Virus record (IMG/VR): IMGVR_UViG_3300031669_000039
Span: 1-54,139 of that record
Length of the DNA stretch: 54,139 nucleotides
Direction: 5' to 3' (one strand)
Source: a virus
Taxonomy: Duplodnaviria; Caudoviricetes
The position numbers were made by a program, and so were the translations under genes. Below are positions 1-10,198 of this stretch, in pieces (the stretch's first letter is position 1; each line of letters opens with the position of its first letter). Below the pieces are notes generated by a model. That model was not told the origin of the DNA, ran no database searches, and worked only from the letters and a program-made list of their open reading frames with translations.

Positions 1-167
1 CCTCAATTTTTCTCCGGGGGAAATTTTAGGGGTGGCTAGGGTGCGGCGCCGGGCATCGATTAACATTCCGGAGTGGTGAGCCGGGACTCCTTTCAAGGGT
101 TATCGACGTCGCATCTTATCGACCTCTAAAAGTTTACTTAAACATATTCGAAAGGAGGTCTTTAATA

Positions 168-506
168 TTGAATACCTTAGAAAAACTCAATCAAAAGTCA
201 TCAAGAAAAAGACCTCCGGCAACCACACCAGAGGCAAGAGAGAATCAACTAATAGCTTTAGCCGTTGATGTTGCTGAGAAACAGTTAATAAATGGAACAG
301 CAAGCTCACAAGTGGTTACACATTTTTTAAAACTCGGATCTACAAAAGAAAAAATTGAAAAAGAAATTCTTGAACAACAAAAAGAATTAATTAAAGCAAA
401 GACTGAGTCAATCCAATCTGCTAAACGTATTGAGGAATTATATATTAATGCACTCAATGCGATGCGAGCATATTCTGGTAATAAACGAGGTGATGAAGAT
501 GATTAA
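168..506 (+). CDS. Putative terminase small subunit / packaging-region protein
   Basis: GAAAGGAGG RBS before TTG; small helical basic protein at the start of the packaging module. Function is inferred from position only. Confidence 0.45.
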   Translation: MNTLEKLNQKSSRKRPPATTPEARENQLIALAVDVAEKQLINGTASSQVVTHFLKLGSTKEKIEKEILEQQKELIKAKTESIQSAKRIEELYINALNAMRAYSGNKRGDEDD

Positions 507-918
507 ATCATATAGAGAACTTCATAGTTTAAGGACTTTCGAGGAACGCTTTGATTATTTAAAGATTGGTGGGGTTGTTGGCCGAGAGACTTTTGGTTTT
601 GAGCGATACCTTAACCAAAATTTTTATCGATCAAGGGAATGGAAACATACTCGAAGAGATATTATTGTTCGTGACAATGGTTGCGATCTTGGAAGTCCTG
701 ATCGAGAAATTTTTGGTCGTATCATAGTTCATCACATCAATCCAATTACGATTGAAGACATTGAACACGGAAGAGATTGCGTCTTTGATTCTAACAATTT
801 AATTTGCACATCACAAAACACAAGTAATGCTATTCATTATGGAGATGCATCATTATTAATTAAACTTCCTCAAGAACGCCGGAAAGGAGATACGCAATTA
901 TGGAAAGTAGTATATTAA
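499..918 (+). CDS. HNH endonuclease (packaging-associated)
   Basis: FYRSREWK..R..I..RDNGCDLG...VHHINP...NLI..S..T.NAIH pattern; start moved to ATG 499, overlapping the upstream stop. Confidence 0.8.
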   Translation: MIKSYRELHSLRTFEERFDYLKIGGVVGRETFGFERYLNQNFYRSREWKHTRRDIIVRDNGCDLGSPDREIFGRIIVHHINPITIEDIEHGRDCVFDSNNLICTSQNTSNAIHYGDASLLIKLPQERRKGDTQLWKVVY

Positions 919-1244
919 CATCAATTAAGAAGCTCCTCGGTATTGAGGAGGAATATGAACACTTTGATTCTGATGTTATCATGTATATAAACTCTGCATT
1001 TATGAATCTTAATCAACTTGGTATTGGATCAGAAGAAGGATTTAAGATTGAAGATGCTGAAGCTATATGGGAAGATTTTATAAGTGAAAGAGGAGATCTC
1101 GAGGGGGTTAAGTCTTATGTATTTTTAAAGACTCGTCTTATTTTTGATCCTCCTCAGATGGGTTATTTAGTGGAGGCAATTAAAGATCAGATTAAAGAAC
1201 TTGAGTGGAGACTCAATGTTCAAGCAGAAGGAGGAGGTGCTTAA
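900..1244 (+). CDS. Head-tail connector/adaptor-like protein
   Basis: SILTSIKKLLGI....FD.D....IN.AF..L.QLG...FDPP; gp6/gp15-like size and helical pattern. Confidence 0.6.
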   Translation: MESSILTSIKKLLGIEEEYEHFDSDVIMYINSAFMNLNQLGIGSEEGFKIEDAEAIWEDFISERGDLEGVKSYVFLKTRLIFDPPQMGYLVEAIKDQIKELEWRLNVQAEGGGA

Positions 1245-1245
1245 A

Positions 1246-1938
1246 ATGGTGAATAAAATAATTAAAGACGCAACAGATAAAGAACTTGATGAGTTAATTA
1301 TTCGATTGCGTAAAGAAAATGAGGTTCAATACCTTCTTAAAAACAATAATCGTAAAGATGAAAACAAAATAGCAGACAAATCAAAAACCATAAAAGAATC
1401 AACTGATGAAGAACTTGATATTCTGCTCAGACGATTAAGAAAAGAAAACGAAGTTCAAAATTTGGTAGGCGATCTTAAGCGAAAGAGTGCGCCTAATAAT
1501 TCTCTCGATAATTCTATTTCATATGATAGACCGGAGGTTAGTACTGAAGCACCAATTGAATCCTTATATCACAAAGTAGATGATACACTTGCTCACTTTG
1601 GTATTTTAGGAATGAAATGGGGAGTACGTCGTCCGACTGGTCCTGATGGGTTAGTACGATCTAGTGGTAAAAGTAAAAAAGAAGTAGCTGAAGATTTTAA
1701 AAAATCAAGAGAGGTTAAGGCAAAAGGGTATAAGAATATCTCAACTGAGGAATTAAAAGAACTTACCAATCGGATGCAACTTGAAAAGACTTTAAGGGAA
1801 CTCAAGGTTAGTGACTATTCGAAAGGCCTTGACGTTGTCAAAGCAATAACTGCTGCTGGAACGACCATTGCCGCTCTTTACGCAGTCAGTCAAACACCAT
1901 TAGGTCAAAGTATTAAGAAAGCAATAAGTAAAACATAA
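1246..1938 (+). CDS. Head-module protein with LAHFGILGMKWGVRR motif and duplicated N-terminal helix
   Basis: GGAGG RBS before ATG 1246; motif at 1588-1632; two copies of IK..TD.ELD.L..RLRKENEVQ. Confidence 0.75.
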   Translation: MVNKIIKDATDKELDELIIRLRKENEVQYLLKNNNRKDENKIADKSKTIKESTDEELDILLRRLRKENEVQNLVGDLKRKSAPNNSLDNSISYDRPEVSTEAPIESLYHKVDDTLAHFGILGMKWGVRRPTGPDGLVRSSGKSKKEVAEDFKKSREVKAKGYKNISTEELKELTNRMQLEKTLRELKVSDYSKGLDVVKAITAAGTTIAALYAVSQTPLGQSIKKAISKT

Positions 1939-1956
1939 AAAGGAGGAATAATCCAA

Positions 1957-2466
1957 ATGCAAAATGAATTACAACATTTTGGTGTTCTCGGAATGAAGTG
2001 GGGAGTTAGAAGATATCAAAACCCTGATGGGACTTTAAGTGAAGCAGGTAGGAGTAGATATAGTCGGGGTTTTGATAAGGATATTAAATCGTTTAAACCA
2101 TTTGTTAAAACTGGCATCCGAACAAAATCAGGAAAACAAGTCCTAACGGGTAAAGAAGTTCAAACTCAAATTAAAAACTTAGAAAAATTAAAAAAAGACC
2201 TTATTGCGAAACTTGAAGCTAAAGGTGTCAGAAGAGAAAAAGTTAATAAAATAAGAAAAGAAATGTCTTTTATGGACAAAGTTATTTATAATAAAGCAAC
2301 GGCTAAATATGCAGAAGGACTTATAAGAAATCGTGGAATAGATAAAACAACAGCTATGAATGCGGCAAAAGGTAAAGCGTGGGTTAATACTGCTTTATCA
2401 GTTGGAACTGTTGGTTTGTATTTACCCTTTGCACTGATAGATCAGTACAAAACTACAAAAATATAA
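1957..2466 (+). CDS. Basic head-module protein with N-terminal LQHFGVLGMKWGVRR motif
   Basis: AAGGAGG RBS; same motif as 1246..1938 and 5446..5892. Confidence 0.75.
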   Translation: MQNELQHFGVLGMKWGVRRYQNPDGTLSEAGRSRYSRGFDKDIKSFKPFVKTGIRTKSGKQVLTGKEVQTQIKNLEKLKKDLIAKLEAKGVRREKVNKIRKEMSFMDKVIYNKATAKYAEGLIRNRGIDKTTAMNAAKGKAWVNTALSVGTVGLYLPFALIDQYKTTKI

Positions 2467-2484
2467 TAAAAAGGAGGGTAATTT

Positions 2485-4230
2485 ATGAGTTTATCAAATA
2501 CCGCAACTCCTAAGTATTACGCTCAGTTTCGTGATGATGTACTACGAGGAAACATCCCCGTATGTAAAGAGATCTCAATGGAGATGAATCGCATAGATGA
2601 TCTTATTGCAAATCGAGGTGTTTATTACGATGAAGACGCAGTCGAGGGTTTCATCGAATATTGCGAAAGTGAGCTAACTCTTACGGACGGCGCCGATTTG
2701 ATACTCTTAGATACCTTTAAACTTTGGGGAGAACAAATCTTCGGTTGGTATTATTTTGTTGAGCGAAGCGTTTACGAGCCTAATGCTGATGGACATGGTG
2801 GTCGTTATGTTCGTAAGATGATTAAGAAACGTTTGATTAATAAACAATACTTAATCGTAGCTCGTGGCGCTGCCAAATCAATGTATGGAGGATGTATTCA
2901 AAACTACTTTCTTAATGTTGATACCTCAACAACACATCAAATTACTACAGCACCAACCATGAAACAGGCAGATGAAGTTTTGTCACCAATTAGAACAGCC
3001 ATTACTCGAGCTCGTGGTCCTCTCTTTCAGTTTTTAACCGAAGGATCATTACAAAATACTATAGGATCAAGAGCTAACCGTGTAAAACTTGCATCAACTA
3101 AAAAAGGAATAGAGAACTTCTTAACCGGTTCACTCCTTGAAATTCGACCAATGAGTATCGATAAATTACAAGGTCTAAGACCAAAAGTAACTACCGTTGA
3201 CGAGTGGCTATCAGGAGACATCCGAGAGGATGTTGTTGGCGCAATTGAACAGGGCGCCTCTAAATTGGATGACTATCTCATTATTGCAATGAGTTCTGAA
3301 GGTACTGTCCGTAATAGTTCGGGCGATACCATCAAAATGGAACTTATGAACATTCTTAAGGGGGAATATATAAACCCCCACGTTTCTATTTGGTATTATC
3401 GTCTTGACGATATACAAGAAGTTAGCGATCCTGCTATGTGGCCAAAGGCTAATCCGAATCTTGGTAAAACTGTTACGTACGAAGCTTATCAACTCGATGT
3501 TGAACGTGCTGAAAATGCTCCTGCTACACGAAATGATATATTGGCAAAAAGGTTTGGTATACCAATGGAGGGTTATACCTATTTCTTTACTTATGAAGAA
3601 ACATTACCTCATAGGAAAAGAGAATTTTGGTCGTTACCATGTGCCTTGGGTGCCGACCTTTCGCAAGGAGATGATTTCTGCGCATTTACTTTTCTTTATC
3701 CTTTACCCCGTAATGAGTTTGGAATTAAGACAAGATGTTATATTTCATCGTTAACATTAAAGAAACTGCCAGGAGCAATGCGAATTAAGTACGATCAGTT
3801 TATTGAAGAAGGTTCTTTAATGGTGATAGAATGTATGGTTCTCGATATGATGGATGTGTATGATGATCTTGATAAATATATACAAGATAATCAACTCGAC
3901 GTTCGTTGTTTTGGATTTGATCCATACAACGCTAAAGAATTTGTAACACGTTGGGAAGCAGAAAACGGGCCGTTTGGCATTGTGAAAGTTATTCAAGGGA
4001 TAAAGACAGAATCCGTTCCTCTTGGTGAGCTTAAAACACTATCTGAGGAACGTGTATTAATTTTTGATCAGGAACTTATGTCTTTTGCAATGGGTAATGC
4101 AATTACACTTGAGGATACAAACGGTAATCGCAAACTTCTTAAAAAGCGATACGATCAAAAAATTGATAGTGTTGCTGCTTTAATGGATGCTTGGATTGCG
4201 TACAAGCAGAATAAAGATTCATTTGAGTAA
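2485..4230 (+). CDS. terL: Terminase large subunit
   Basis: Walker A-like VARGAAKS, Walker B TTVDEW, nuclease motifs LGADLS..DD, FDPYNA, KIDSVAA. Confidence 0.92.
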   Translation: MSLSNTATPKYYAQFRDDVLRGNIPVCKEISMEMNRIDDLIANRGVYYDEDAVEGFIEYCESELTLTDGADLILLDTFKLWGEQIFGWYYFVERSVYEPNADGHGGRYVRKMIKKRLINKQYLIVARGAAKSMYGGCIQNYFLNVDTSTTHQITTAPTMKQADEVLSPIRTAITRARGPLFQFLTEGSLQNTIGSRANRVKLASTKKGIENFLTGSLLEIRPMSIDKLQGLRPKVTTVDEWLSGDIREDVVGAIEQGASKLDDYLIIAMSSEGTVRNSSGDTIKMELMNILKGEYINPHVSIWYYRLDDIQEVSDPAMWPKANPNLGKTVTYEAYQLDVERAENAPATRNDILAKRFGIPMEGYTYFFTYEETLPHRKREFWSLPCALGADLSQGDDFCAFTFLYPLPRNEFGIKTRCYISSLTLKKLPGAMRIKYDQFIEEGSLMVIECMVLDMMDVYDDLDKYIQDNQLDVRCFGFDPYNAKEFVTRWEAENGPFGIVKVIQGIKTESVPLGELKTLSEERVLIFDQELMSFAMGNAITLEDTNGNRKLLKKRYDQKIDSVAALMDAWIAYKQNKDSFE

Positions 4231-4258
4231 TATTTTATTAATGAAAGGGAGATGTATA

Positions 4259-5395
4259 ATGGAAATTTTAACGAACAGAGAAATTGGATATCTTGATAAC
4301 ATTAACACTGAAACAGAAAAAATGAAATTAGGAACAAAGGTTCAGGAAATTATTGAAGCTGTAAATATCGCCGAAGGCGAACAAGGACCAGTAGGACCAG
4401 CCGGACCAGCCGGAGAACAAGGACCAGCCGGAGAACAAGGACCAGCAGGAGAACAAGGACCAGCAGGAGAACAAGGACCAGCCGGACCAGCAGGAGAACA
4501 AGGACCAGCAGGATTAATTGGGATACCAGAAGGTACACCAGTTAATGCAGTGAATGCAACAAAAGTGCTGTCAATTGACGGTGTAGTTATCGACGGAGAG
4601 ACCATGACAACTGATAATGCTGAAGTCGAAGGAGCAGATATCTATGAGTTCGCCGCAGACATAGCTTTAAGTGTAGGAGCAGGAAATATTGCTGTTGATA
4701 TCAATGATGTTACAGTAAAAGCAACTGATGATTTAACGATAGATACAAATCCGACACCTGGTGACACAATGACTATCGGAACAAAAGTATTTACATTTGT
4801 ACCAAATGGTACTGGTAATGCGGATGGTGAGATTGACGTTGAAGCACTCCTTGCTGATACACAAATAAATATCATTGCAGCAATTAAAGGTACGGATGGT
4901 CATAATGATCCGCATCCTTTAGTTACTTGTGGCGAAGCGTTTGCGCTTGATATTTTGGCAATCACAGCTTTTATTGGCGGTGTTGCAGGTAATGCTATTG
5001 CAACTACTGAAACGTTTGCGGCAGAAACAAATATATTTAGTGCAGCGACTCTTCAAACGGGAGAAGATTGTTCAGCTACAGATGCTGTTACAGCTTTAGT
5101 TGCTGCTATCACGGCATCTGATACGCAAGGTGTAGGAGCGGTTGATGGAGAAGGAGATACTATAGAATTAACCTCCGATATTGCTGGTGTTATCGGTAAC
5201 GGAATCGCGATTGATGAAGATATGGCTAACGGAGCATTTGCAGGCGGAGCAGTAGCTTTGAGTGGTGGGGTAGATGGTACCATTGGTTCTGATGGAGAAA
5301 CGATGAAAGATGCTACTTATTTGTATATATCTATTCTTGAGAATACAATAAGTAATAAAAATTGGCGCCGCCATGCTCATGGAGCCGCATATTAA
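4259..5395 (+). CDS. Collagen-like (Gly-X-Y) acidic virion surface/decoration protein
   Basis: GAAAGGGAG RBS before ATG 4259; about 16 Gly-X-Y triplets (GEQGPA repeats) followed by Ala/Gly/Thr/Asp-rich beta domains. Confidence 0.7.
   Translation: MEILTNREIGYLDNINTETEKMKLGTKVQEIIEAVNIAEGEQGPVGPAGPAGEQGPAGEQGPAGEQGPAGEQGPAGPAGEQGPAGLIGIPEGTPVNAVNATKVLSIDGVVIDGETMTTDNAEVEGADIYEFAADIALSVGAGNIAVDINDVTVKATDDLTIDTNPTPGDTMTIGTKVFTFVPNGTGNADGEIDVEALLADTQINIIAAIKGTDGHNDPHPLVTCGEAFALDILAITAFIGGVAGNAIATTETFAAETNIFSAATLQTGEDCSATDAVTALVAAITASDTQGVGAVDGEGDTIELTSDIAGVIGNGIAIDEDMANGAFAGGAVALSGGVDGTIGSDGETMKDATYLYISILENTISNKNWRRHAHGAAY
4376..4520 (+). repeat. Coding tandem repeat, 18-nt/9-nt units (ggagaacaaggaccagc[c/a])
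   Basis: Directly visible tandem array encoding GEQGPA/GPA. Confidence 0.9.
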
Positions 5396-5445
5396 TTGAA
5401 GAGAGCATAGCAGATTATATTTAATTTGCAAAGGAGGTGCTGCTA

Positions 5446-5892
5446 TTGAGCGAATTACAACACTTCGGAATCCTTGGAATGAAATGGGGAGTTCGTAGAA
5501 CACAAGCCCAGCTTGCTCGAACTGAGCGTAAAGATGTTAAATGGGTGACCAAAGGCAAAGGGTCTAGGATTACAGAGAAAGCTCGAAAAGCTTCTTCTGT
5601 ACAAGCAGAGACATATGCAAGAAGCACAGTAGGACAACTACGTACCACTTCTGGGAGAATCAGTAAGACTTTTATTAATCAATATAATCAAAAACTCGCA
5701 CAGTTAATGAGCGATAGAGTTAGAGATGTTTCAGCGCCTTCTGGTAAGCTTCTTAAATATGTGGCTAAACGAGGCGAGATAGGAGTTCATACAGCTCTTG
5801 CAGATCAAGGTTATAATATGAATCAAGTGGCGAAGGGTATTCATGCTTCTGGGCGAATTGCTTATAAACAAGATATTATTCGAAAAACCTAG
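5446..5892 (+). CDS. Basic head-module protein with N-terminal LQHFGILGMKWGVRR motif
   Basis: AAGGAGG RBS 8 nt before TTG 5446; third copy of the motif. Confidence 0.75.
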   Translation: MSELQHFGILGMKWGVRRTQAQLARTERKDVKWVTKGKGSRITEKARKASSVQAETYARSTVGQLRTTSGRISKTFINQYNQKLAQLMSDRVRDVSAPSGKLLKYVAKRGEIGVHTALADQGYNMNQVAKGIHASGRIAYKQDIIRKT

Positions 5893-5909
5893 GAAGGAGG
5901 GAGATTTGA

Positions 5910-7130
5910 TTGCCAGAACTATTAACCACAAGACTTAAACATGCCTGGAATGCGTTCCGGAGTCGGGATCCCACGGTCTCTTCCGAACATCGAGAGATTG
6001 GTTATGGTGCTTATAGTCGACAAGATAGAGTAAGAATGCATGTAACTAATGAACGATCTGTCATAATTTCAGTTTATAATCGAATAGCACTTGACGTTTC
6101 CGCTGTGAATATGCAACATGTTCGTCTCGATCAAAATGGGAGATTCGAAGAAACAATTCTTTCCAGTTTGAATTACATCCTTACGTCTGAAGCTAACATA
6201 GATCAAACAGGTCGAGCATTTATACAGGACATTGTCATGTCGATGTTTGATGAGGGTGTTGTAGCGGTTGTTCCAGTTGATACAACTATGGATCCAAAGA
6301 TTTCTGGATCATTTGACATTCAAACGATGCGAACAGGACGAATTATATCCTGGCATCCGAGACATATACGTGTTCGGCTTTACAATGATAATAAAGGGAT
6401 TCAAGAAGAACTCACGCTTCCAAAAAGTACAGTTGCAATTATTGAGAATCCTTTATATTCAGTCATGAATGAGCCAAATAGTACATTAAAACGCTTGCTT
6501 AAGAAGTTATCTATTCTAGATGCCATTGATGAACAAAGTGGCTCTGGAAAGCTCGATTTAATTATTCAGCTTCCGTATGTTATTAAATCTAAAGCCCGAA
6601 AAGAACAAGCAGAAGAGCGTCGGAAAGATATCGAGGTACAACTTGCTGGTTCTAAATATGGAATCGCTTATACTGATGGAACCGAACGAGTTACTCAGTT
6701 GAATCGTCCTGCTGAGAATAATCTTATGACACAAATTCAATATCTAATCAAAATGCTTTATAGTCAGTTAGGATTAACTGAAGAAGTGTTTAATGGCACA
6801 GCAGACGAAAAGACTATGTTAAATTACAATAACAGAACTGTTGTACCAATTTTATTAGCAATTATTTCTGAGTTTAAACGTAAATTCCTAACCAAAACAG
6901 CTAGAACTCAGCATCAATCTATTATGTATTTTAAAGATGTTTTTAGTCTTGTTCCGGCAAATGAACTAGCTAATATTGCTGATAAATTTACAAGGAATGA
7001 GATTCTTTCATCAAATGAAATACGAGCCATTATTGGCTATAAACCTTCAAGCGATCCAGCGGCTGAGGAACTTCGGAATAAGAATCTTAATAAGGCTACT
7101 ATTTCTGAAGTTGAAGATAATATTGATTGA
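5910..7130 (+). CDS. Portal protein (HK97-like)
   Basis: 406 aa between terminase and protease; RIALDV, C-terminal ILSSNEIRAIIG..P portal pattern. Confidence 0.88.
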   Translation: MPELLTTRLKHAWNAFRSRDPTVSSEHREIGYGAYSRQDRVRMHVTNERSVIISVYNRIALDVSAVNMQHVRLDQNGRFEETILSSLNYILTSEANIDQTGRAFIQDIVMSMFDEGVVAVVPVDTTMDPKISGSFDIQTMRTGRIISWHPRHIRVRLYNDNKGIQEELTLPKSTVAIIENPLYSVMNEPNSTLKRLLKKLSILDAIDEQSGSGKLDLIIQLPYVIKSKARKEQAEERRKDIEVQLAGSKYGIAYTDGTERVTQLNRPAENNLMTQIQYLIKMLYSQLGLTEEVFNGTADEKTMLNYNNRTVVPILLAIISEFKRKFLTKTARTQHQSIMYFKDVFSLVPANELANIADKFTRNEILSSNEIRAIIGYKPSSDPAAEELRNKNLNKATISEVEDNID

Positions 7131-7295
7131 AAATTTAAATAATAATTTCCTCTATTCGTGATAAAGTTAAGGAGATAAAAGAAACCCTTAATTCCGCGAC
7201 AGAAGATATATTGAATAAAAAATAGCTCAACATTGTTGGAAACTTGCCAAACTGAGCTTGGCAAAATTAAAATTAAAAGTTAGGGGGACATACTT

Positions 7296-9164
7296 ATGTC
7301 AAAAACCAAATATGACTTTGGTGGATATGCCACTAAGAGTGATCTTAAGTGCTCTGATGGACGTGTAATCCTTAAAGATGCATTTAAAGATCAGGATGGT
7401 CAAATGGTCCCGCTTGTATGGCAACATCTGCACAATGAACCAGCCAATGTTCTTGGCCATGCTGTTCTTGAAAATCGTGAAGATGGTGTTTACTGTTATG
7501 GCAAGTTTAATAATACAGAAGCGGGAAAGAATGCAAAAGAACTTGTTACTCATGGAGATATTTCTTCATTATCTATCTATGCTAATCAGCTCAAAGAGCA
7601 GGCAAAGAAGGTTATACATGGAGCTATCCGTGAGGTAAGTTTAGTACTTTCCGGAGCAAATCCCGGAGCATCGATAGACAACCTTAGTTTTGCTCATAAT
7701 GATGGAACTTGGACGGAAGATAATGCTGAGGCTATTATCTATACTGGTCTTGAGTTTACTCATAGTAATGATTCTACAGGCAATAAGGAAGATAAGACAG
7801 TTGTTGAGGTTTTCGAGACTTTTAATGAGGATCAAAAATCTGTTGTTTATGCTATGATTGGTCATGCTGTTGATGAAGTTAAAAAAGACGAATCTCTTGG
7901 TTCTAAAGAAGAGGTTATTGATAAAGCTCTTCAGCATGCAAAAGGTATTGACGCTACAGTAAAAGATGTTTTTGATACCCTCAATGAAGATCAAAAAAAG
8001 GTAGTTTACTATTTGATTGGAGCCGCTTTGGAAGAGGCGGGTACTGAATCCGGAACTGCCAAACATTCAAATATTGATGAAAAAGGAGAATTAATTATGA
8101 AAAATAATGTGTTTGACCAGTCAACTCAGGAATCTTCTAAAAATACTCTGACACATGATCAGAGGATTGAGATTCTCAATGATGCAAAGCGTTTTGGCTC
8201 CCTGAAGGAAAGCTTTATTGCTCATGCTGAAGAGTATGGGTTTGATCCTATTGGTATTTTATTTCCAGACGCAAGAGACGTTGAGCCTGGTGGTCCTGTT
8301 ACCATTAAGCGTGAGGACGCTTGGGTTGATGACGTTCTTGCTAGTACTAATCATACACCATTTGCAAGAATCAGGACTCGTATTGCTGATCTTACGGTTG
8401 ATGAAGCCAGAGCAAAGGGTTATGTAACCGGTAATTATAAAAAGGAAGAAGTTATTCCTTTGCTTAAGCGTGCGACTACTCCGACAACCATTTATAAAAA
8501 GCAGAAACTTGATCGCGATGATATGGTTGATATTACTGACTTTGATGTTGTTATTTGGTTGAAGAAAGAAATGCGTGGTATGCTGAATGAAGAGATTGCT
8601 CGTGCGGTTCTTGTTGGTGATGGTCGTATTGTTGGTGATGAAGATAAAATTAACGAGGAAAATGTTCGTCCAATCGCTAAGGATGATGGTGCAGTCTTTG
8701 TTCACAGAGTTGAGGTTGAAGCGGAAGATACTACAGACGAAATTATTGACGAATTTATCCGGGCCAGGAAATATTATAAAGGTTCTGGCGTTCCTGCTCT
8801 TTATACTTCTACGGATCTTCTCACTGATATGTTGCTCGTAAAGGATAAAATGGGTCATCGGATATATAAAACTGTTCAAGAATTGGCTTCTGTTCTGCGT
8901 GTCAGTAAGATTATTGAAGTTGAGCCTATGAATGAAGCAGTACGTATGGTTGGCGAGGTAGAACATCAAATTCTTGGTATTGTTGTTAATCTTAAAGACT
9001 ATACCATCGGTGCAAATAAAGGTGGAGAGGTTGCAATGTTTGACGATTTCGATATTGATTATAATCAACATAAGTACTTGATTGAAACTCGTATCTCTGG
9101 GGCATTAACAAAACCAAAGTCTGCACTCATTATCGAAAGAGTTCCGGCCGAAGAACCACAGTAA
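7296..9164 (+). CDS. Prohead protease-scaffold-major capsid protein fusion
   Basis: N-terminal HK97-type protease (FGGYA, PLVWQH, VLGH, LSI, IREVSLV..GANPGA), acidic repeat linker, C-terminal HK97-fold capsid pattern (EIARAVLVGDG, DFDIDYNQ, ETR.SGAL..P). Confidence 0.88.
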   Translation: MSKTKYDFGGYATKSDLKCSDGRVILKDAFKDQDGQMVPLVWQHLHNEPANVLGHAVLENREDGVYCYGKFNNTEAGKNAKELVTHGDISSLSIYANQLKEQAKKVIHGAIREVSLVLSGANPGASIDNLSFAHNDGTWTEDNAEAIIYTGLEFTHSNDSTGNKEDKTVVEVFETFNEDQKSVVYAMIGHAVDEVKKDESLGSKEEVIDKALQHAKGIDATVKDVFDTLNEDQKKVVYYLIGAALEEAGTESGTAKHSNIDEKGELIMKNNVFDQSTQESSKNTLTHDQRIEILNDAKRFGSLKESFIAHAEEYGFDPIGILFPDARDVEPGGPVTIKREDAWVDDVLASTNHTPFARIRTRIADLTVDEARAKGYVTGNYKKEEVIPLLKRATTPTTIYKKQKLDRDDMVDITDFDVVIWLKKEMRGMLNEEIARAVLVGDGRIVGDEDKINEENVRPIAKDDGAVFVHRVEVEAEDTTDEIIDEFIRARKYYKGSGVPALYTSTDLLTDMLLVKDKMGHRIYKTVQELASVLRVSKIIEVEPMNEAVRMVGEVEHQILGIVVNLKDYTIGANKGGEVAMFDDFDIDYNQHKYLIETRISGALTKPKSALIIERVPAEEPQ

Positions 9165-9237
9165 TAAATCAATCATTTTAATAATGCAATTAACCTAAAT
9201 TTAATTTTATTTTATAAAAGTAAAGGAGGATTTTATC

Positions 9238-9537
9238 ATGGATAAAGTCTATGAACAGGCAAAAGATGTACATGTAAGAAACATTTATGTGTATACAAAC
9301 GGTGAAGATGCATATGCTTACTCAGATGCTGCTTGTGAAGAAAAAATAGCAGCGGATGTATTAAGTGATCTGTTTATCAAAGGTGTTATAATCAACGATG
9401 ATGGTGGTTTATTTAAACCAACAGGTTTTGTAGTAATCGAAGAAATTGGTTATATAACCTATATTAAACCGGATGAACAGACGCCCACCACCGCAGTACT
9501 TACTACTCTTTATTCTGAAGAATACGAAGAGCAGTAA
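9238..9537 (+). CDS. Acidic head-associated hypothetical protein
   Basis: AAAGGAGG RBS; directly follows the capsid gene. Confidence 0.6.
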   Translation: MDKVYEQAKDVHVRNIYVYTNGEDAYAYSDAACEEKIAADVLSDLFIKGVIINDDGGLFKPTGFVVIEEIGYITYIKPDEQTPTTAVLTTLYSEEYEEQ

Positions 9538-9566
9538 TAACTTCAAAATGGAAGTGAGGTAATAAG

Positions 9567-9908
9567 ATGGCAAAGTTTTTTGGATCAATTGGTTATGCTG
9601 AGACAACAGAAACTGCGCCTGGCGTGTGGACAGAAAATGTTACTGAACGTAATTATTTTGGTGACGTTTTAAAGAATACACGACGTTTGGAGGCAGGGGA
9701 AAATCTTAATGACAACTTAGCAATTAATAATATTATCAGTATTGTTGCTGATCCTTTTGCCTATCAACACTTTCATGCAGTGCGATACGTTAAATGGATG
9801 GGGGTCTCTTGGAAGATTACTAATGTAGAAGTCCAGAGGCCCCGTCTTATCTTGACTATAGGAGGTGTATACAATGGGCCAACGCCTGCAACTCCAGAGT
9901 CTCCTTGA
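9567..9908 (+). CDS. Head-tail joining (stopper) protein
   Basis: Size, position and beta-rich pattern (G.IGY....ET.PGVW...W.I..VEV.RPRL). Confidence 0.6.
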   Translation: MAKFFGSIGYAETTETAPGVWTENVTERNYFGDVLKNTRRLEAGENLNDNLAINNIISIVADPFAYQHFHAVRYVKWMGVSWKITNVEVQRPRLILTIGGVYNGPTPATPESP

Positions 9909-10179
9909 GATAATTCTGGGGAGTCGTAATGTATATTTTCAACCTCCGGAAACAGTCAAGATAGCATATCCTTGTATTATTTTCAGGCGTAGCAATATTG
10001 ATACTGGTTTTGCGGATGATGCTTTATATATTAAGAACAAACAGTATCAAGTAATTGTAGTTGATGTAAATCCGGATAGTTTAATTCCGGAGAAGGTTTT
10101 AAATTTACCTATGTGTCAGTTTGACCGGCATTATACGGCGAATAATCTTAATCACGATGTTTTTAATCTTTATTATTAA
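9874..10179 (+). CDS. Tail terminator/completion protein
   Basis: NVYFQPP....YPCI motif; immediately upstream of the major tail gene; GGAGG RBS before ATG 9874. Confidence 0.65.
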   Translation: MGQRLQLQSLLEIILGSRNVYFQPPETVKIAYPCIIFRRSNIDTGFADDALYIKNKQYQVIVVDVNPDSLIPEKVLNLPMCQFDRHYTANNLNHDVFNLYY

Positions 10180-10198
10180 TTAAGGGAGGTTTATTTTT

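Noticed and set aside
7131-7295. Possible ncRNA or promoter copy between portal and protease genes (ttgccaa...ttggcaa stem)
   Set aside because: Only a short inverted repeat, with no match to the TCGC-ACA-TAAT spacing; insufficient support
8259-9071. 270-aa minus-strand ORF, and the other minus-strand ORFs in the track such as those at 13709-16447
   Set aside because: They are antisense shadows of well-supported + strand genes, with no RBS or recognisable motifs
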